Shown piece by piece: positions 1 through 13,020 of a stretch of DNA of 64,000 nt. Made by a program: the position numbers and the translations under genes. Source of the DNA: Octopus sinensis (taxonomy: Eukaryota); the NCBI RefSeq assembly GCF_006345805.1, contig NC_042999.1, forward strand, positions 37,138,001-37,202,000, read 5' to 3'. The notes under the pieces were generated by a model. The model saw only the letters and a program-made list of their open reading frames with translations. It had not been told where the DNA came from and ran no database searches. Every line of letters starts with the position of its first letter. The first letter of the stretch is position 1.

Positions 1-545
1 GTGTGTGTGTGCATACCTGTGTCTTGATGTTCTGTGATAGTTATAAATGGGCATCGCTGTCATACAAGCATTATCCTTCATTTCCAATCTTCCTTGGAAA
101 CATCTCTGGCTATGGGGTACTATTTGGAAACATCTCTGGCTATGGGGTACTATTTGGAAACAGGTGAGGGTTAGCAACAGGAAGGGCATCTGGCCATAGA
201 AAATCTGCCTCAAAAAAATCTGTCTAACTTATGCAAGCATGGAAAAGTGGATGTTAGATAATGATATTTTGTGTGTGTGTATATATGTGTGTGCTTGCAT
301 GTTTGTGTGTGTACCCATAACTTGACATCACATGATGGCTGAAACGAGCATTGCCATTATGCAAATGATGTTGTTTGTTTCCAATTTTTTGGTGAAAAAC
401 ATGCCTGTCATGGGGGAAATATCTTGCTTAGAAACAGGTAAAGGTTGGAGACAGGAAGGGCATCTGGCCACAGAAAATCTGCCTCTGCAAATTCTGTCTG
501 ACCCATGCAAGGATGGATAAGTAGATGTTAAATGATGATGATGTT
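1..545 (+). mobile_element. Two tandem 3' parts of a SINE family (family E) with (GAT)n tail
   Basis: Units ~1-270 and ~280-545 share aaacaggtragggtt...caggaagggcatctggccayagaaaatctgcctc...catgcaag...gatgtta; the second ends in gatgatgatgat. A 30-bp tandem duplication lies at ~91-160. Confidence 0.65.
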
Positions 546-569
546 TTCAGAAACCCCTATCAGAGATAA

Positions 570-742
570 TATTGGTATCAAATTTTGGCACAAGGCCAGC
601 AATTTTGGGGGAGGGTGCAAATCGGTTACATCAACTCCTATTCTCAACTGATACATATTTATCAACCCTTGAAAGGGTGAAAGACAAAGTTAGCCTGGTA
701 GAATTTGAACTTAAAACATAAAGATAGATAAAATGCTTATCA
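570..742 (-). mobile_element. Diverged SINE family D fragment
   Basis: Similar to the gaaaggatgaaaggcaaagtcgacc...gaatttgaactcagaac core of the D copies. Confidence 0.55.
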
Positions 743-809
743 GAAATAATTATATACTCCACTATTTCTCATTTGTTATCTTTTTTTTTTCTGTTTGTTT
801 GTTTTTTAG

Positions 810-962
810 AAAGTGGAGCGTAAGGAGAAACCAATGAAGCCATTTAAAATCCCTCAAGATTTGAAACAGGCTTTACCTTTTAAGAGTACCGAGAAGAATA
901 TTGCCCCCAGAAAGGTACCCTACAAGAGAGTTGCTGTTGTAAAAGATCCCAAAGAAGCTAAG
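810..962 (+). CDS. BMS1: Ribosome biogenesis protein BMS1, penultimate coding exon
   Basis: Polypyrimidine tract and AG at 808-809, GTAAGA donor at 963, phase 0 at both ends. KVERKEKPMKPFKIPQDLKQALPFKSTEK...RVAVVKDPKEAK matches the BMS1 C-terminal motif (IPKxLQxALPFK...AVIxEPxE). Confidence 0.88.
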
Positions 963-970
963 GTAAGATA

Positions 971-1378
971 TTACTCTTTTACTTGTTTCAGTCATTCGAC
1001 TGTGGCCATGCTGGAGCACTGCCTTTAGTCGAGCAAATCAACCCCAGGACTTATGTTTTGTAAGCCTAGTACTTATTCTATCAGCCTCTTCTGCTGAACC
1101 GCTAAGTTATGGGGACGTAAACACACCAGCATCGGTTGTCAAGCGATGTTGGGGGGACAAACACAGACACACAAGCATATACACACACATACATATATAT
1201 ATACATATATATACGATGGGCTTCTTTCAGTTTCCATCTACCAAATCCACTCACAAGGCTTTGGTCGGCCTGAGGTTATAGTAGAAGGCTTTTGCCCAAG
1301 GTGCCACGCAGTGGGACTGAACCCAGAACCATGTGGTTGGTAAGGAAGCTACTTACCACACAGCCACTCCTGCGTCTA
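971..1378 (-). mobile_element. tRNA-derived SINE family A, in the BMS1 last intron
   Basis: Head ggagtggctgtgtggtaag...gggttcagtccc (A/B-box-like), internal (TA)/(TG) tract, gtaaaagag tail; about 15 copies in the window. Confidence 0.85.
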
Positions 1379-1486
1379 TATTCTGAATAATTTTGATTTT
1401 TTTTTTTGTTTTTTTTTTCAGAATAAAATTAAAGTGTTATATTTATAGTTAATAATTCTGTACTGTCTTTGTTTGTTCGTTAATAG

Positions 1487-1705
1487 GTTGCCAAATTGAT
1501 GAAGATGTTTAGAGAGCTACACAAGCATAAAGAACGAGAGGAACGGATGAAGATGCGGGAGAGGGTCGACAAACACCGTGCAGTTCTTGCCAAAGAAGAG
1601 GAGAAGAAAGTTCAGCGATTGAAAGACATAAAGAAAGTTGTCTACCGCAGATTAGGAAAAATGGAAAAACAGAAAGAAGCTTTGGAAGAGAAAAAAATGA
1701 ATTGA
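1487..1705 (+). CDS. BMS1: BMS1 last coding exon
   Basis: TAATAG acceptor (AG 1485-1486) in phase with the previous exon. Basic coiled-coil tail VAKLMKMFRELHKHK...LKDIKKVVYRRLGK resembles the BMS1 C-terminus. TGA stop at 1703-1705. Confidence 0.85.
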   Translation, partial: VAKLMKMFRELHKHKEREERMKMRERVDKHRAVLAKEEEKKVQRLKDIKKVVYRRLGKMEKQKEALEEKKMN

Positions 1706-1950
1706 AGGAAAGTGTGTGTGGTGTGTGCGAGAGAGAGAGAGAGAGAGAGAAGTGTATGAAAGTGGGATCAGGTGGGGAGATAGTCACTTGTTGCAAAAAA
1801 TGTCCAGAATAATGGCAGTGGTGTTTGTTTGTCTTTGTACAAGAGAACTAAAGGAAATGTCTGTTCTGCTATCAGCAGTGGAACTGAATGCAATGGTTTA
1901 ATGACTCCATATATGTGTCATTACATTGGTTTTTATCACTGTACAGGTTC

Positions 1951-1956
1951 AATAAA
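1951..1956 (+). promoter_or_regulatory. Candidate polyadenylation signal of BMS1 (alternative at 2106-2111)
   Basis: AATAAA about 250 bp after the stop codon; usage not shown. Confidence 0.4.
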
Positions 1957-2340
1957 AAAAAAAATATGAAGAATTATATTTATTTTGCAATTAAATGCTT
2001 CCATTGTATTTCTTTCATAAGGAAATGGAATGAAAAGAAGAGAAAGAATGGTTGTAAATAATGAGAAAGATAATTTGTCTAAAGATAACTTATCTTGTGG
2101 TTAAAAATAAATGCTTAACAATATAATGCTTGTCAAATCCGAATGCTCCATTCTCTCATTATGATTTTCCCACCTCTTCTACTTCTCTACTCCATTTAGT
2201 CTTTTTTCCTATCAATTGAACATCACTTTATTCTGGTGCTTTTTTCATTATTATTTATTTTTTTTTTGTTAGTCTATCTGAGGTAAATTTTATTGGGACA
2301 AATAACACTGTGTAATATGATTTTTGTCCTTGGGTAGCAG

Positions 2341-2620
2341 CTCTTTTACTCCTTTACTTGTTTCAGTCATTTGACTGCGGCCATGCTTCAGCACTGCCTT
2401 TAGTCGAGCAAATCAACCCCAAGACTTATTCTTTGTAAGCCTAGTACTTATTCTATCGGTATCTTTTGCCCAAACTGCTAAGTTACAAGAATGCAATCAC
2501 ACCAACATCGGTTGTCAAAGTGATGGTGAGGGGACAAACACACACACACACACACGCAACGGGCTTCTTTCAGTTTCCATCTATCACATCCACTCATAAG
2601 GCTTTGGTCAGCCTAAGGCT
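2341..2620 (-). mobile_element. SINE family A, 5'-truncated
   Basis: Tail and body match the other A copies. Confidence 0.8.
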
Positions 2621-2659
2621 GACGTAAGTTTTGTAACAGGAAGAAACATTGCTTACAAA

Positions 2660-2836
2660 ATGATAGCCGATCGTTTGCGAAGAAGCGTGTCTACAGTCAA
2701 CACGTAGGTCTTTTGCTCTGGTAACCTCTGCTCTCTGCCATGTTCACGCACGACCAACTATATATTGCTATGAGTAGAGCAATGGATTCAGCTAATTTGG
2801 AAATTCGTGGAGAAATGGAGAATATCGTTTATATTG
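2660..2836 (+). pseudogene. Helitron/Pif1-type helicase C-terminal fragment
   Basis: MFTHDQLYIAMSRA...ENIVY resembles Helitron helicase motif VI (VFSHGQLYVALSR) and the terminal NIVY. Confidence 0.65.
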
Positions 2837-3596
2837 TGTGTATATATATATATATATACACGGGCAACACACACACACATTGCATGTATGTGTTTTGTAC
2901 GCATACATGCTCGTGTGTGTGTGTGTGTGTGTGTGTGACTGAAGCCATTCACACATACATAACAACCCGTCTGTCAATCACTCACTAAAAATAAATTTTA
3001 AAAATCTGTTATCTCTCTCTTTCCCTCTCCCTCCGTCTCTTTACACCGTCGCTAGAAGGGGACTTAATTCATGTTTGGTTTGTAAACAATGGTGAATTTC
3101 TCCACCGTGAAAATCCTTAGATGTTATGGCTCAAAATTATTTATCCCTATTCGCGGGTGCCTCGGGGGAAAATAATTTGACAAAAATACAGCTAGGGTCA
3201 TGCTGAATGTCCTAAAATTTGAGCGACATGCGTGCTAATTTGTGGATGTGCATAAACTGCATTCACGTACACGTACACACACACGCACACACATCCTGCC
3301 TTATATATATACAGATAACAATATTTCAGCTTCAACTCGGTGCTAAATCTGTTTGATATATATAATGGAAAATAGATCAGTTTCAAAACATTGACATCCA
3401 GGTTACAAAAGCAAAGTTTGAAAGGAATATTTGTCATTTCCTTTTTGCTTTCTAAATAGAAGCAAATAGGAAATAACACTTACTGATCAAAGACAAGGAA
3501 AAAAAAATGAATTTGGTACACTGTAATTTTTATATATATATACCCTTCTAACTGGTAATTTAAGAAGGTATCAAACTTGTCTGACAAATTGAGTAC

Positions 3597-3950
3597 GAAC
3601 CACATGGTTCTGGGTTCAGTCCCACTGCATGACACCTTGGGCAACTGTCTTCTATATCCTTGGGCCGACCAAAGCTTTGTGAGTGGATTTGGTACATGGA
3701 AACTGAAAGAAGCCCATCGTATATATGTATATGTATGTGTGTGTATAAGTTTGTGTGTCTGTGTTTGTGCCCCCAACATCGCTTGATAACTGATGCTGGT
3801 GTGTTTATGTCCCTGTAACTTAGCGATTCGGCAAAAGTAACTGATAGAATAAGTACTAGGCTTCCAAGAATAAGTCCTGGGGTCGATTTGCTCGACTAAA
3901 GGCGGTGCTCCAGCATGGCCACAGTCAAATGACTGGAACAAATAAAAGAC
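3597..3950 (+). mobile_element. SINE family A
   Basis: Matches the A consensus but lacks the first ~30 nt. Confidence 0.85.
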
Positions 3951-4402
3951 TAACCATTGTGTCTCAAGTGTAATTTGTCTTTTCTAGTCTCCAGTTATAA
4001 TCTTACTTTGATTTGTCAAATTGCTGATATATGTCAGTTGCAACTCCCAATAGAAGTGCCCCTGTTTTTCAATGATGGGGTGGGATTTGAATTGAGGATG
4101 CACAGAGGTGGAACAAAGGCCACAAAGCATCTTGTTTGCACTTTGATAGTCCTACCAATTCATCGCTCTGGACTGGTACATACTTTTGTTGACATTGAAA
4201 GGAAGAAGTTTATTTCTCAATACATAGTTCTGGGTTCAGTCCCGCATTGTGGCAACTTGGGCAAGTGTCATAATACATATATTCAAGACATAACACGATT
4301 TACAGAATATATTTATATTGAACTCATATATTTTCATGAACTTACAACTTCGTGGAATTATTAACGTTCAAAACACGCAGAAGCCCCATAAATGATAAAA
4401 TA

Positions 4403-4562
4403 AGGAGAGGCTGTGTGGTAAGTAGCTTGTTTACCAACCACATGGTTCCGGGTTCAGTCCCACTGCATGGCACCTTGGGTAAGTGTCTTCTACTATAGCC
4501 TCGGGCCGACCAAAGCCTTGTGTGTGGATTTGGTAGACGGAAACTGAAAGAAGCCCGTTGTA

Positions 4563-4602
<40 letters not shown>

Positions 4603-4812
4603 TGTGTGTTTGTGTGTCTGTGTTTGTCCCCCTAGCATTGCTTGACAACCGATGCTGGTGTGTTTATGTCCCCGTTACTTAGCGGTTCGGCAAAAGAGAC
4701 CGATAGAATAAGTACTAGGCTTACAAAAAGAATGAGTCCCGGGGTCGAGTTGCTCGATTAAAGGCGGTGCTCCAGCATGGCCGCAGTCAAATGACTGTAA
4801 CAAGTAAGAGAG
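4403..4812 (+). mobile_element. SINE family A
   Basis: Near full length with internal (TA)n. Confidence 0.85.
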
Positions 4813-5483
4813 ACATATATCACGAAATGCATGCATGTTACACACACACACACACACACAAATGGATATACAAGAACGTTCTCGTATAATATTAATAACT
4901 TATGTCGAACGAAATTTCTTGCAAAATCCAGGGCCAATGTAAAGGAACTAACAATTAAGAGATTCCTAAAAGCTACTTCCACTCATCTGTGTATTCATTT
5001 TGAAGTCTTGCAGAGTCTCGTGTAATCTCTTGTAACCTCATCTAAAATGAAGGCAATTATCAACATTTTTATGAGGATTGTTTGAAGATTGTGAAAGCTC
5101 TTTCCACATGAAACCATCGGTAACGTTGTTAATCTACAAATAAAAAGCATATCTATCTACCTGCCTACATATCTACAGGCATATATACATACAAACGCAC
5201 CCCCCTCTCTCTCTCTCTCTCCACACACACACAGGGTAACCCAAAAGTCACTGAGGGGTTTTAATTTTTAATAACGCCCTTATTTTTTTGTTGTGTCGAT
5301 GCCCCCAGACGATGAAGTAGGCTAGCCCAATACGTAGATATAGAGGGAGAAGTCTGGACGTCGAGGAGTTGAGTAGAGGTCATCGGAACGTGCGATATGA
5401 CAGTGGCGACGAGGATTTCGTTGCTCACAGCCACTGTAGTATTGCGATATAACAGTGGCGACGAGGTTTCGAATAGTACCGAA

Positions 5484-6230
5484 ATGGAAGAGTTACTGAA
5501 AGCAGTTGTAAAACAACAAGAGCAGCAGCAACTACAGAAGTTAACAGAATTGTTACTGCAGTCGAGAAATACGACAGAATCATTTGCAGTGCAGCAGATG
5601 GTGTTGCAAATTCCTTCGAAGAATTTCACTACAATCCGGATGAAGGAACTACTTTTGCTGCATATTACAGACGATACGAAGACATTTTCCGAGAGGAATG
5701 CAAGGGATAGTCTAGTGAAAGGAAGTTAAGGCTCCTTTTGCCAAAGCTTGCTCCTCCGGAACACGAAAGTTTTTATAACTTCTATTTTGCCGAGAAAGCC
5801 CGCGGAATTGTGTTTTGATAAAACGATAAATATTTTGACTAATATTTTTAGCGAGAAAAGTTCGTAGTTTAACATTCGATGGGAATGTTTAAATTTAAAG
5901 AAAAACGAGTCCTATGATTTTGTAACATATGCCGGTATGGTTAATAAGGCTTGCGAAAGGTTTAAGCTGGAAGAATTAACGCCAGATATGTTCAAGTGAC
6001 TAATATTCGTTAAAGGGCTAGTGGCAACGGAAGACGCGGAAATTAGAAAAAAAAAAAGAATACTATCAAAGTTGAATCAAGATGTGAAACTCACTTTGCA
6101 GAAAGTGGCTGAGGAATGCCAACAAATAATAAACCTTCGAGATGATACAAGAAAGATAAAAGACAAGAATAATAATGTACAAATGTGTAAAGAAAGTACA
6201 GAAAGAAGGAAAAATTTGAATTCAAAACGG
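5484..6230 (+). pseudogene. Degenerate gag of the LTR element
   Basis: MEELLKAVVKQQEQQQLQKL..., continuing after a frameshift as EEFHYNPDEGTTFAAYYRRYEDIF; stops and frameshifts present. Confidence 0.7.
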
Positions 6231-6234
6231 CGCT

Positions 6235-7157
6235 ATGGCAGCAAAGGCGTCCCCAGTGCAGATTCAGCCGTGGCCCAAAACGGATTCGGCATGGTCTAGA
6301 CTACATATGAATTTCGCAGGACCAATAAATGGCTCTCATTATATCATTGTGGTGGATAGCTATTCCAAATGGCCTGAAGTGTGTAAATGTTCAAGGCCAA
6401 CCACAAGTGTGACTATTGACTTCTTGGAAGATCTGTTCGCTCGCTATGGAGTGCCAGATACGATCGTGTCAGATAATGGTACACAATTCACGGCGAAGGA
6501 GTTCGAAAGATTCTGTAAGTCGGTTGAGATGAAGCATGTGTTAACTCTGTCATACCATCCAAGGTCAAATGGGTTAGCGGAAAGATTCGCCGACACATTC
6601 AAGAGAGCTTTAAGAAAGACCAGACGGGAAACCCTTGAAGATACAAATATGACAAAGTTTTTGCAGGTGTATAGAATAACACCGAATCCAAATGCAGAGT
6701 CGGGTAGGTCACCCGCAGATTTGATGTTATCCAGAAAAATTCGTTCTAGTTTTGACAAATGGTTGCCGAGCAGGAAACAGAAAATAGAAAATTCGTGGGG
6801 AGGGGAACGAAAATTTTTAACACAGGTGACAAAGTGTATTTTAAAATATATAGTAACGGAAAACAGGACTGGGAATAAGGAAGTACAACTGGACGTCTGG
6901 GTAACGTGATGTACATGGTAAAAGGACCAAAATATGAACACAGAAGGCATTTTAAACCAATTTTAAAAAAAGATATACAAAAAAAAACAAGAGAGGCGAG
7001 AAGAACCAATGGATTTATGGTATGATTTGTTCGAGGTCCCAGAACCACAAGCAAAAGCAGAACCGAAATGTAGGTCGAACAAGAAGAGAAAACCTACAGA
7101 AATGATGGAAATTAATACTAAGAGAAAAATATATGCCAGTTTCTCACCGAGGAAATA
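6235..7157 (+). pseudogene. Retroviral-type integrase core (rve) of the LTR element
   Basis: WSRLHMNFAGP...IVVDSYSKWPEV...GVPDTIVSDNGTQF...YHPRSNGLAERF. The first catalytic D reads N and the C-terminus is frameshifted. Confidence 0.9.
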
Positions 7158-8606
7158 AAATTGATAAATTCAGGTTTTAAAAACCTAAAAAGGGGAAGGC
7201 GTTGTGTCGACGCCCCCAGATGATGAAGTAGGCTAGCTCAATTCGTAGATATAGAGGGAGAAGTCTTGGCGTCGAGGTCATCGGAACGTGCGATATAACA
7301 TTTTATAAATAGGTGTATGAAATTTTAATTCAATATAGAGGAGATAAAGGAAATTAATTCGTATTTGTTCCTTTTCATCATACCGCTGTAATACGTATGA
7401 AAAATGACATCTTTTAAATGACATCCATCCGTGTCCTCTCCAAATTATGTTCCATGACAGCTGAAAGGGTTTCAGGTCCAGTTCCTGATTTCTCTAGTGA
7501 TATTCTCCTTCAATTGCTGCAGGGTTTCTGGTTTGTTGACATAAACCTTCTACTTGAGGTACCCTCACAAGAAGATGTCAGGGCTGTTCAAGTTTGGGGA
7601 ACGCGATGGCCAGTTGACATCGCAGTAGGGAGAGATGAGTCTTTCTCCAAAACATTGCCTCAGCAACTGTATTGTCTCTCTTGCGGTATGAGAAGTTGCC
7701 CCATCTTGCCGGAACCACATATCGGACATATTTTGAATGGCCGGGCGCAAAAAGTCCTCAATCATGAACCTGTACCGCTCCGTCTGGACTGCCTTCGTGT
7801 CAACATGCCCAGATTCTGTTCAACACTCTCTTGCACTTGTTTCCTTGCATCATCGGTTGTGACAATGTGAGGTCTCCCACATCGTGGGAGATCACTTACT
7901 GCCCCTTGTTTTTCAAAACGACGAACTAAGTTCCTAATTGTGTTTTCACTTGGGGCATCCCTCACTTGAAAGTGCCGACAACATGCTCTCTGGGTTTGAA
8001 TAATTGACTCCTGATTTTGATTGAACAATTTCACCAATTGGGTTCGTTGTGCGATGCCGTATTTTTCCATAATTAATTTCCAAGGACTTAGTCCATAAAA
8101 TTCCCGAAAAGAAAAAGGTAAAAAACAAATCAACAATTACAACCCCTCAATGGGTCACCCTGTACATATATATATAAAACACAAGCACACATACACTCAT
8201 ACACAAACTATGGATGCCTTAGAAGCTCTGCAATCCGATCCTTTGTGACGATCACGCTCTCACCTATATACTGTGCTATGTTGGTCATGCAACGAAGTTT
8301 GACAATAGACCACTTTGTATTCAACTCTCCGCTTGCACCTCCATTCTGTATCCATTTCACTGAACCATACTTTATTCTGTACTGCTAGTCCTCATCCACT
8401 TCGCAGACCACTCGTTGTTGACAACAATCTCTCTTTTCTCTTGCCATTGTTCATTGCCATTACTATCCCCACTCTCTTTTTTATTCTCTTATTCCCTTTC
8501 TTTTATTCATTCTAGTTTTCCTTCTGTCGTGGCTCTATCAGCTATCTAGCTTCTAGGTTACGTTGCTCTGCGTGGACGGCGAGGGTATATAGATAGTGAG
8601 GATTCT

Positions 8607-8800
8607 TTTACCCTTTAGCATTCAAACTGGCCATATCAAGCCCAAATATTCTACCTATTTTGTGTTCAAACTGACCAGATCAAACCTTTCACAACTACCC
8701 TGCAGTGTCATTCTAAAAGTAAACAATAACATCTTTGAAATCTGAAAGCTATGAAATAATGCATGATTAATTCAAAACAATTTGAATGAATGAACGTCAC
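8607..8800 (+). repeat. Possible piggyBac-like MITE left part
   Basis: ttta|ccctttagcatt terminus resembles TTAA-CCCT piggyBac ends; no matching right end seen. Confidence 0.3.
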
Positions 8801-8864
8801 ATGTGATGCTATGTCATATTAGTGCTATGATAAATGCAGACAGTACTCTCTGGAAGTCTACCAC

Positions 8865-9000
8865 CAGGTCCTGTCCTTGTTGCGGTGTGTCACTTGTGTG
8901 GTTCAATGACACTGAGAGATATGATAGCGGAGAGCAAGCTCCTCGTAGGATCCCTCCCCTATGCTAGACAGGTCAAAGGATAGAGACCAGTTTAAAATGG
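8865..9000 (+). mobile_element. Probable RTE-clade LINE 5' UTR relic
   Basis: ccttgttgcggtg...caatgacactgagagatatg...gtagg...atgctagacaggtcaaagg..agagaccag resembles RTE 5' UTRs, recognised from memory. Confidence 0.4.
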
Positions 9001-9733
9001 ACGACCTTTTAGGAAGTGGACTAGCGTGGCTCTGGCCTTGGTAACATTATAATTTCCTGGTTCCAAATGAGTTAGGTATAGCAGCGGAAAGAACTACGGG
9101 GACAAGAGTTGTAATTGACTGTCACATTTTATTCAAACGCCTAAATGAAAGTACAACAAAAGATGATTCGTCTTGAACGATTTTGTCAGAAAATATGCAT
9201 ATTGGTTTCTCATGTAGCAGGAACTTGACGGAACACAACAGCGCGTCAAAGCTCTCTGCAAAATAACTCTCCTCTCGCCATACCGAGATTCGAACTCGAC
9301 CAACACACTGAAAAATAACGGGGAAGATTCTCCTTTTTAAAGCTGATTATAGGTTCCAGCAAACAAGCATAATTTTCCTTCGCTAGGTTGGTCTGTCACA
9401 CGATGGAATTGAATAACCTGCGTAAAGCCAGAAAAACTCGATCATCACGTGACCAGGTCATGTGACCACATGTGGAAAACTCAGCGTATGAGCCGATATC
9501 AGGGTATTTAAAACTAAGTGACCGAATGATAAACATACTTCTGCTACAACCTTTTCCAAGAAGTAGGGATATTGCATAGGTCCAACGTCCCTACGGAGAA
9601 AAAGAGCAAAGTTACAGAAGCATCGATGGCAATTCAAAACCAAGACGTGAGAGAGAAAAAAAATCCCAGTCCAAAGTCGAGAACAGGGAACAAAAGTAAT
9701 CGATGGTCTATTTCTCTATAGAGAGTGAAGGAC

Positions 9734-9804
<71 letters not shown>

Positions 9805-10126
9805 TTCATGTAAAGTATTTATGAATCAAAAGTGTGGAGACAACTTAGGAATGAGACAACGCTTTAACTTTGTCAAAAACATGACAACTTCTCTGAAGCT
9901 GGTGCCATAATGAAATGCATGCAGTTCACTATGTAAAGTTGTTGGGGACAGGAAAGGCATCCAGCCGAAGAAACCGAGCCAAGAATGAAACGTGGTCCTC
10001 CAATCAATCAAGAAATAACCCTGAATAAATATTGCCTTGGGTTATGTTGACCTATCATTTTACGTCCGCTTTCCTCGTCCGTTTTACATGGTGGCGAGGA
10101 AAGCGGACGTAAAATGATAGTAATGT

Positions 10127-10233
<107 letters not shown>

Positions 10234-10312
10234 ACCACATATATATACACATATGTGTGTGCGTGTGTGTATGTGTCTGTGTATATATATATGTGTGTAA
10301 TACATACATACA

Positions 10313-10345
<33 letters not shown>

Positions 10346-10399
10346 GCATGTGACACACAAAACCATACAAAAGAACTATAAACCGAATAGAAACAGAAA

Positions 10400-11487
10400 A
10401 GGAAGCATAATTTAGTTTCAAACTTGAGTCACGAGGAAACAGATGATTGTCAGATGGAGCCAAATTAGGAGCAGTGGGAGGGTGATCAGCCAGTTCGAAT
10501 CAACAGTCAGGCAGAGCTGTCATTGAAACCAAGGGCTTGTATGCTGGAACATTGCCCAGATGAAATATGACTCCTTTCGTTAGTTTTCCCGGGCGTTTGA
10601 TCTTGACAGCGTTTCGTAACTGCCTCAGTATGTTGGCATAGAACTCATCATTGATGGTGTGGCCTTTTTGAAGATAGTCAATAAACACAATGCCTTTTGC
10701 ATCCCAAAAATCTGAGACCATCACCTTCCCTGCAGATGAAAAGAGCTTGGCCTTCTTTGGAACAGGTGAGGAGGGGTGTTTCCACTACAGGAATTGACTC
10801 CTTGTCTCGGGCTCAAAGTGATGAAGTCAACACTCATCATGGGTTAGGACACGTTTAAGGAAACCTACTGAACCTGTTTCAAAAATGTCAGATTTTCCTG
10901 TGATGTGATCAACCCGATGCGCTTTTGATCAAGTGTCAGAAGACGTAGCACCTACCTAGCAGAGGCCTTCGTCATACAAAGTTCATTGTGCAGAATATTA
11001 TCAACTCTCTAATGGAATATGTTAATGGGATTGGCTATTTGATTTATAGTCAATCGCCTGTCATCTATCACCGTGTGGTGAACGAGATCAATGTTTTCCT
11101 CGGTGGTGGTAATTGCAGGACGTCCTGACCTTGGGTTATCTTCAAGATTTTCCCTTCCCCTTCTAAATTCAGTAGCTCATTTTTATGCTGTTGATAAAGC
11201 TAGAGTGTCATCTTCTAATGTAGCAACCATGTCAGTATGAATGTCCTTGGGAGCTAAACCATTTTTCTGCAGCTACTTGATAACAGCACAATGCCAAATT
11301 TTGTCCATTTTCAAGAGAAATCGTTTCTAGTTACTCTTGAAATTTTCTTTGAACAGTGAGATGTCAGTTTACCTGGAAAGAAACAACGCAGTTATTAATA
11401 AGAAGGGCTGAAATTAATGCATGCAAGATTTTACAAACTAACATCACTTCTTAATAGTCAGCCAATGAACTTTTGAGCCACCCTCGT
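10400..11487 (-). mobile_element. Mariner (DD34D) transposon fossil
   Basis: TIR ta|cgagggtggctcaaaagtt at ~11468-11489, ATG at 11308, motif FWDAKGIVFIDYLQKGHTIN...YANIL and LAPSDNHLF; several stops. Confidence 0.85.
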
Positions 11488-12129
11488 ACAGTAAAAGATA
11501 CTTGCCCAAGGTGCCGCGCAGTGGGGGAAAAACCTGAAACCAAGTGGATGCAAAGCGAGCTGTCATGCCTGTGTAGGCAAAATTTTTAAAAAATCCGTTT
11601 TAGAAACACAATATAATTGGTAATGATACTTTAAAACTCCCGGCAATAACTCTCATCACTTTGCTATTTGTTTTTATCAAATTCAATTACTTTAAAATCA
11701 AACCCCCTACCTACAAGTAATTAAAAAAAGATAACACCCACTGGTCTTAACATAATTGTTAACACCTATCCACTCCATCATCTCCCTCAATTATTTTTCA
11801 TTGCTCTCAACATTATCACCAACACTTTTTTTACTTCTGAACATACACCAGTTCAGCTGACGTGGGTCGTGTTACTAAATTCAACACTTTCTCTTATATG
11901 GTACACCTTCCACCCTTTCACTCCACTACTCCCTCTTTCTCATTCATTTATTCATTTCCATTGCTGAGTGTGAAGCAGTAAGACAACTGGTTCTTGCGAA
12001 CACAACTTCACTCTTTTCCTCACACTGCTGTTTGGTGTAAGTTTCTTGTCTATCGCCACTACTGTTGAATTTAATTACAAAGGCGCTGTTAGTGCATTAC
12101 CCTTTCTCAAGGTGATTAGAAAGAGGTCA

Positions 12130-13020
12130 GGAAATTGAATTGACAGTCGTAGTGAGAAAAAGAGTGGTGAAGGTCATTACACTGGACGTTAAACTTAATG
12201 CTTTACAAAGATTTAAAAACTCATTCGTATTGGAGAAAAACATTAGCATTTGCATGTCTTGAGTGGGAACAAAATGAGAAAGACAAAGGTACTCAGGAAA
12301 CTACTCCGTTAACTGCTCGGATATTTTCTTTTCTTTCTTAAGTAGATCTGATATAATGCTTAATATGGAACGGTTCCTAAATGAGTGAACAGGCGTTAGA
12401 CAGAACGTAATGTGCCGACAAACACAACGGTCATTCAAGCGAAAGTTCAAAAGTTTGTATGACAATTTGCTGAATGAGAAGTGTGCAACTATTGATGAAA
12501 ACCTTCTTTGGCTTGTTAAAGCTGGTTTAACATGTTTAGAAGGCGTCTTATTTTCTCAGACAAAACAGCCTGTGTTGACATGAAGCCTGCCACTACTTAT
12601 CCTGTAGAGCTGAGGAGAAAATGATTACTGAGGGTGGTTACATATCAGAAGAAGTATACAATGTTAATAAAATCGGGCTATTATGGAAGACCGTGCTGCT
12701 TGGACTTTTATTTTTAGTGAAGAAAAATTGGTATTAGGCTTTAAAACTTCCCAAATCGTTTGACACTTCTTATTTCTTTATTGCCCTCAAGGGGCTAAAC
12801 ATAGAAGGGACAAACAAGGACAGACAAACCCCAGTGCGTAACTGGTACTTAATTTAACGACCCCGAAAGGATGAAAGGCAAAGTCGACCTCGGCGGAATT
12901 TGAACTCAGAACGTAACGGCAGACGAAATACCGCTAAGCATTTCGCCCGGCGTGCTAATGATTCTGCCAGCTTCTTATGGAGGAAAATGTTGCTAGTGAT
13001 ATGAAATGAGAGCTCTTACT
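12130..13020 (+). pseudogene. Tigger/pogo-like transposase fossil
   Basis: Fragments KVITLDVKLNALQRF, ITEGGYISEEVYNVNKIGLLWK, GFKTS, RLTLL match Tigger motifs; interrupted by a SINE D. Confidence 0.7.
12774..12970 (-). mobile_element. SINE family D
   Basis: 8-bp TSD cttcttat at 12766-12773 and 12971-12978. Confidence 0.85.

Larger units (their letters stand above)
5289..7300 (+). mobile_element. Gypsy (Mag-like) LTR retrotransposon, internally deleted
   Basis: LTRs at 5289-5402 and 7200-7300. PBS TGGCGACGAGGAT at 5404-5416, complementary to the tRNA-Ser(GCU) 3' end. PPT at 7187-7199. TTTT on both flanks. Confidence 0.9.
5232..8162 (-). mobile_element. Tc1/mariner DD41D-type (rosa/Visitor-like) transposon, internally deleted and interrupted by an LTR element
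   Basis: TIRs cagggtaaccc...tgaggggttttaatt (5232) and aattacaacccctca...gggtcaccctg|ta (8162). Transposase remnants at ~7350-8070 (minus) include QDGATSH...WPSRSPNLNSPD, with 41 residues between the two D. Confidence 0.8.
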
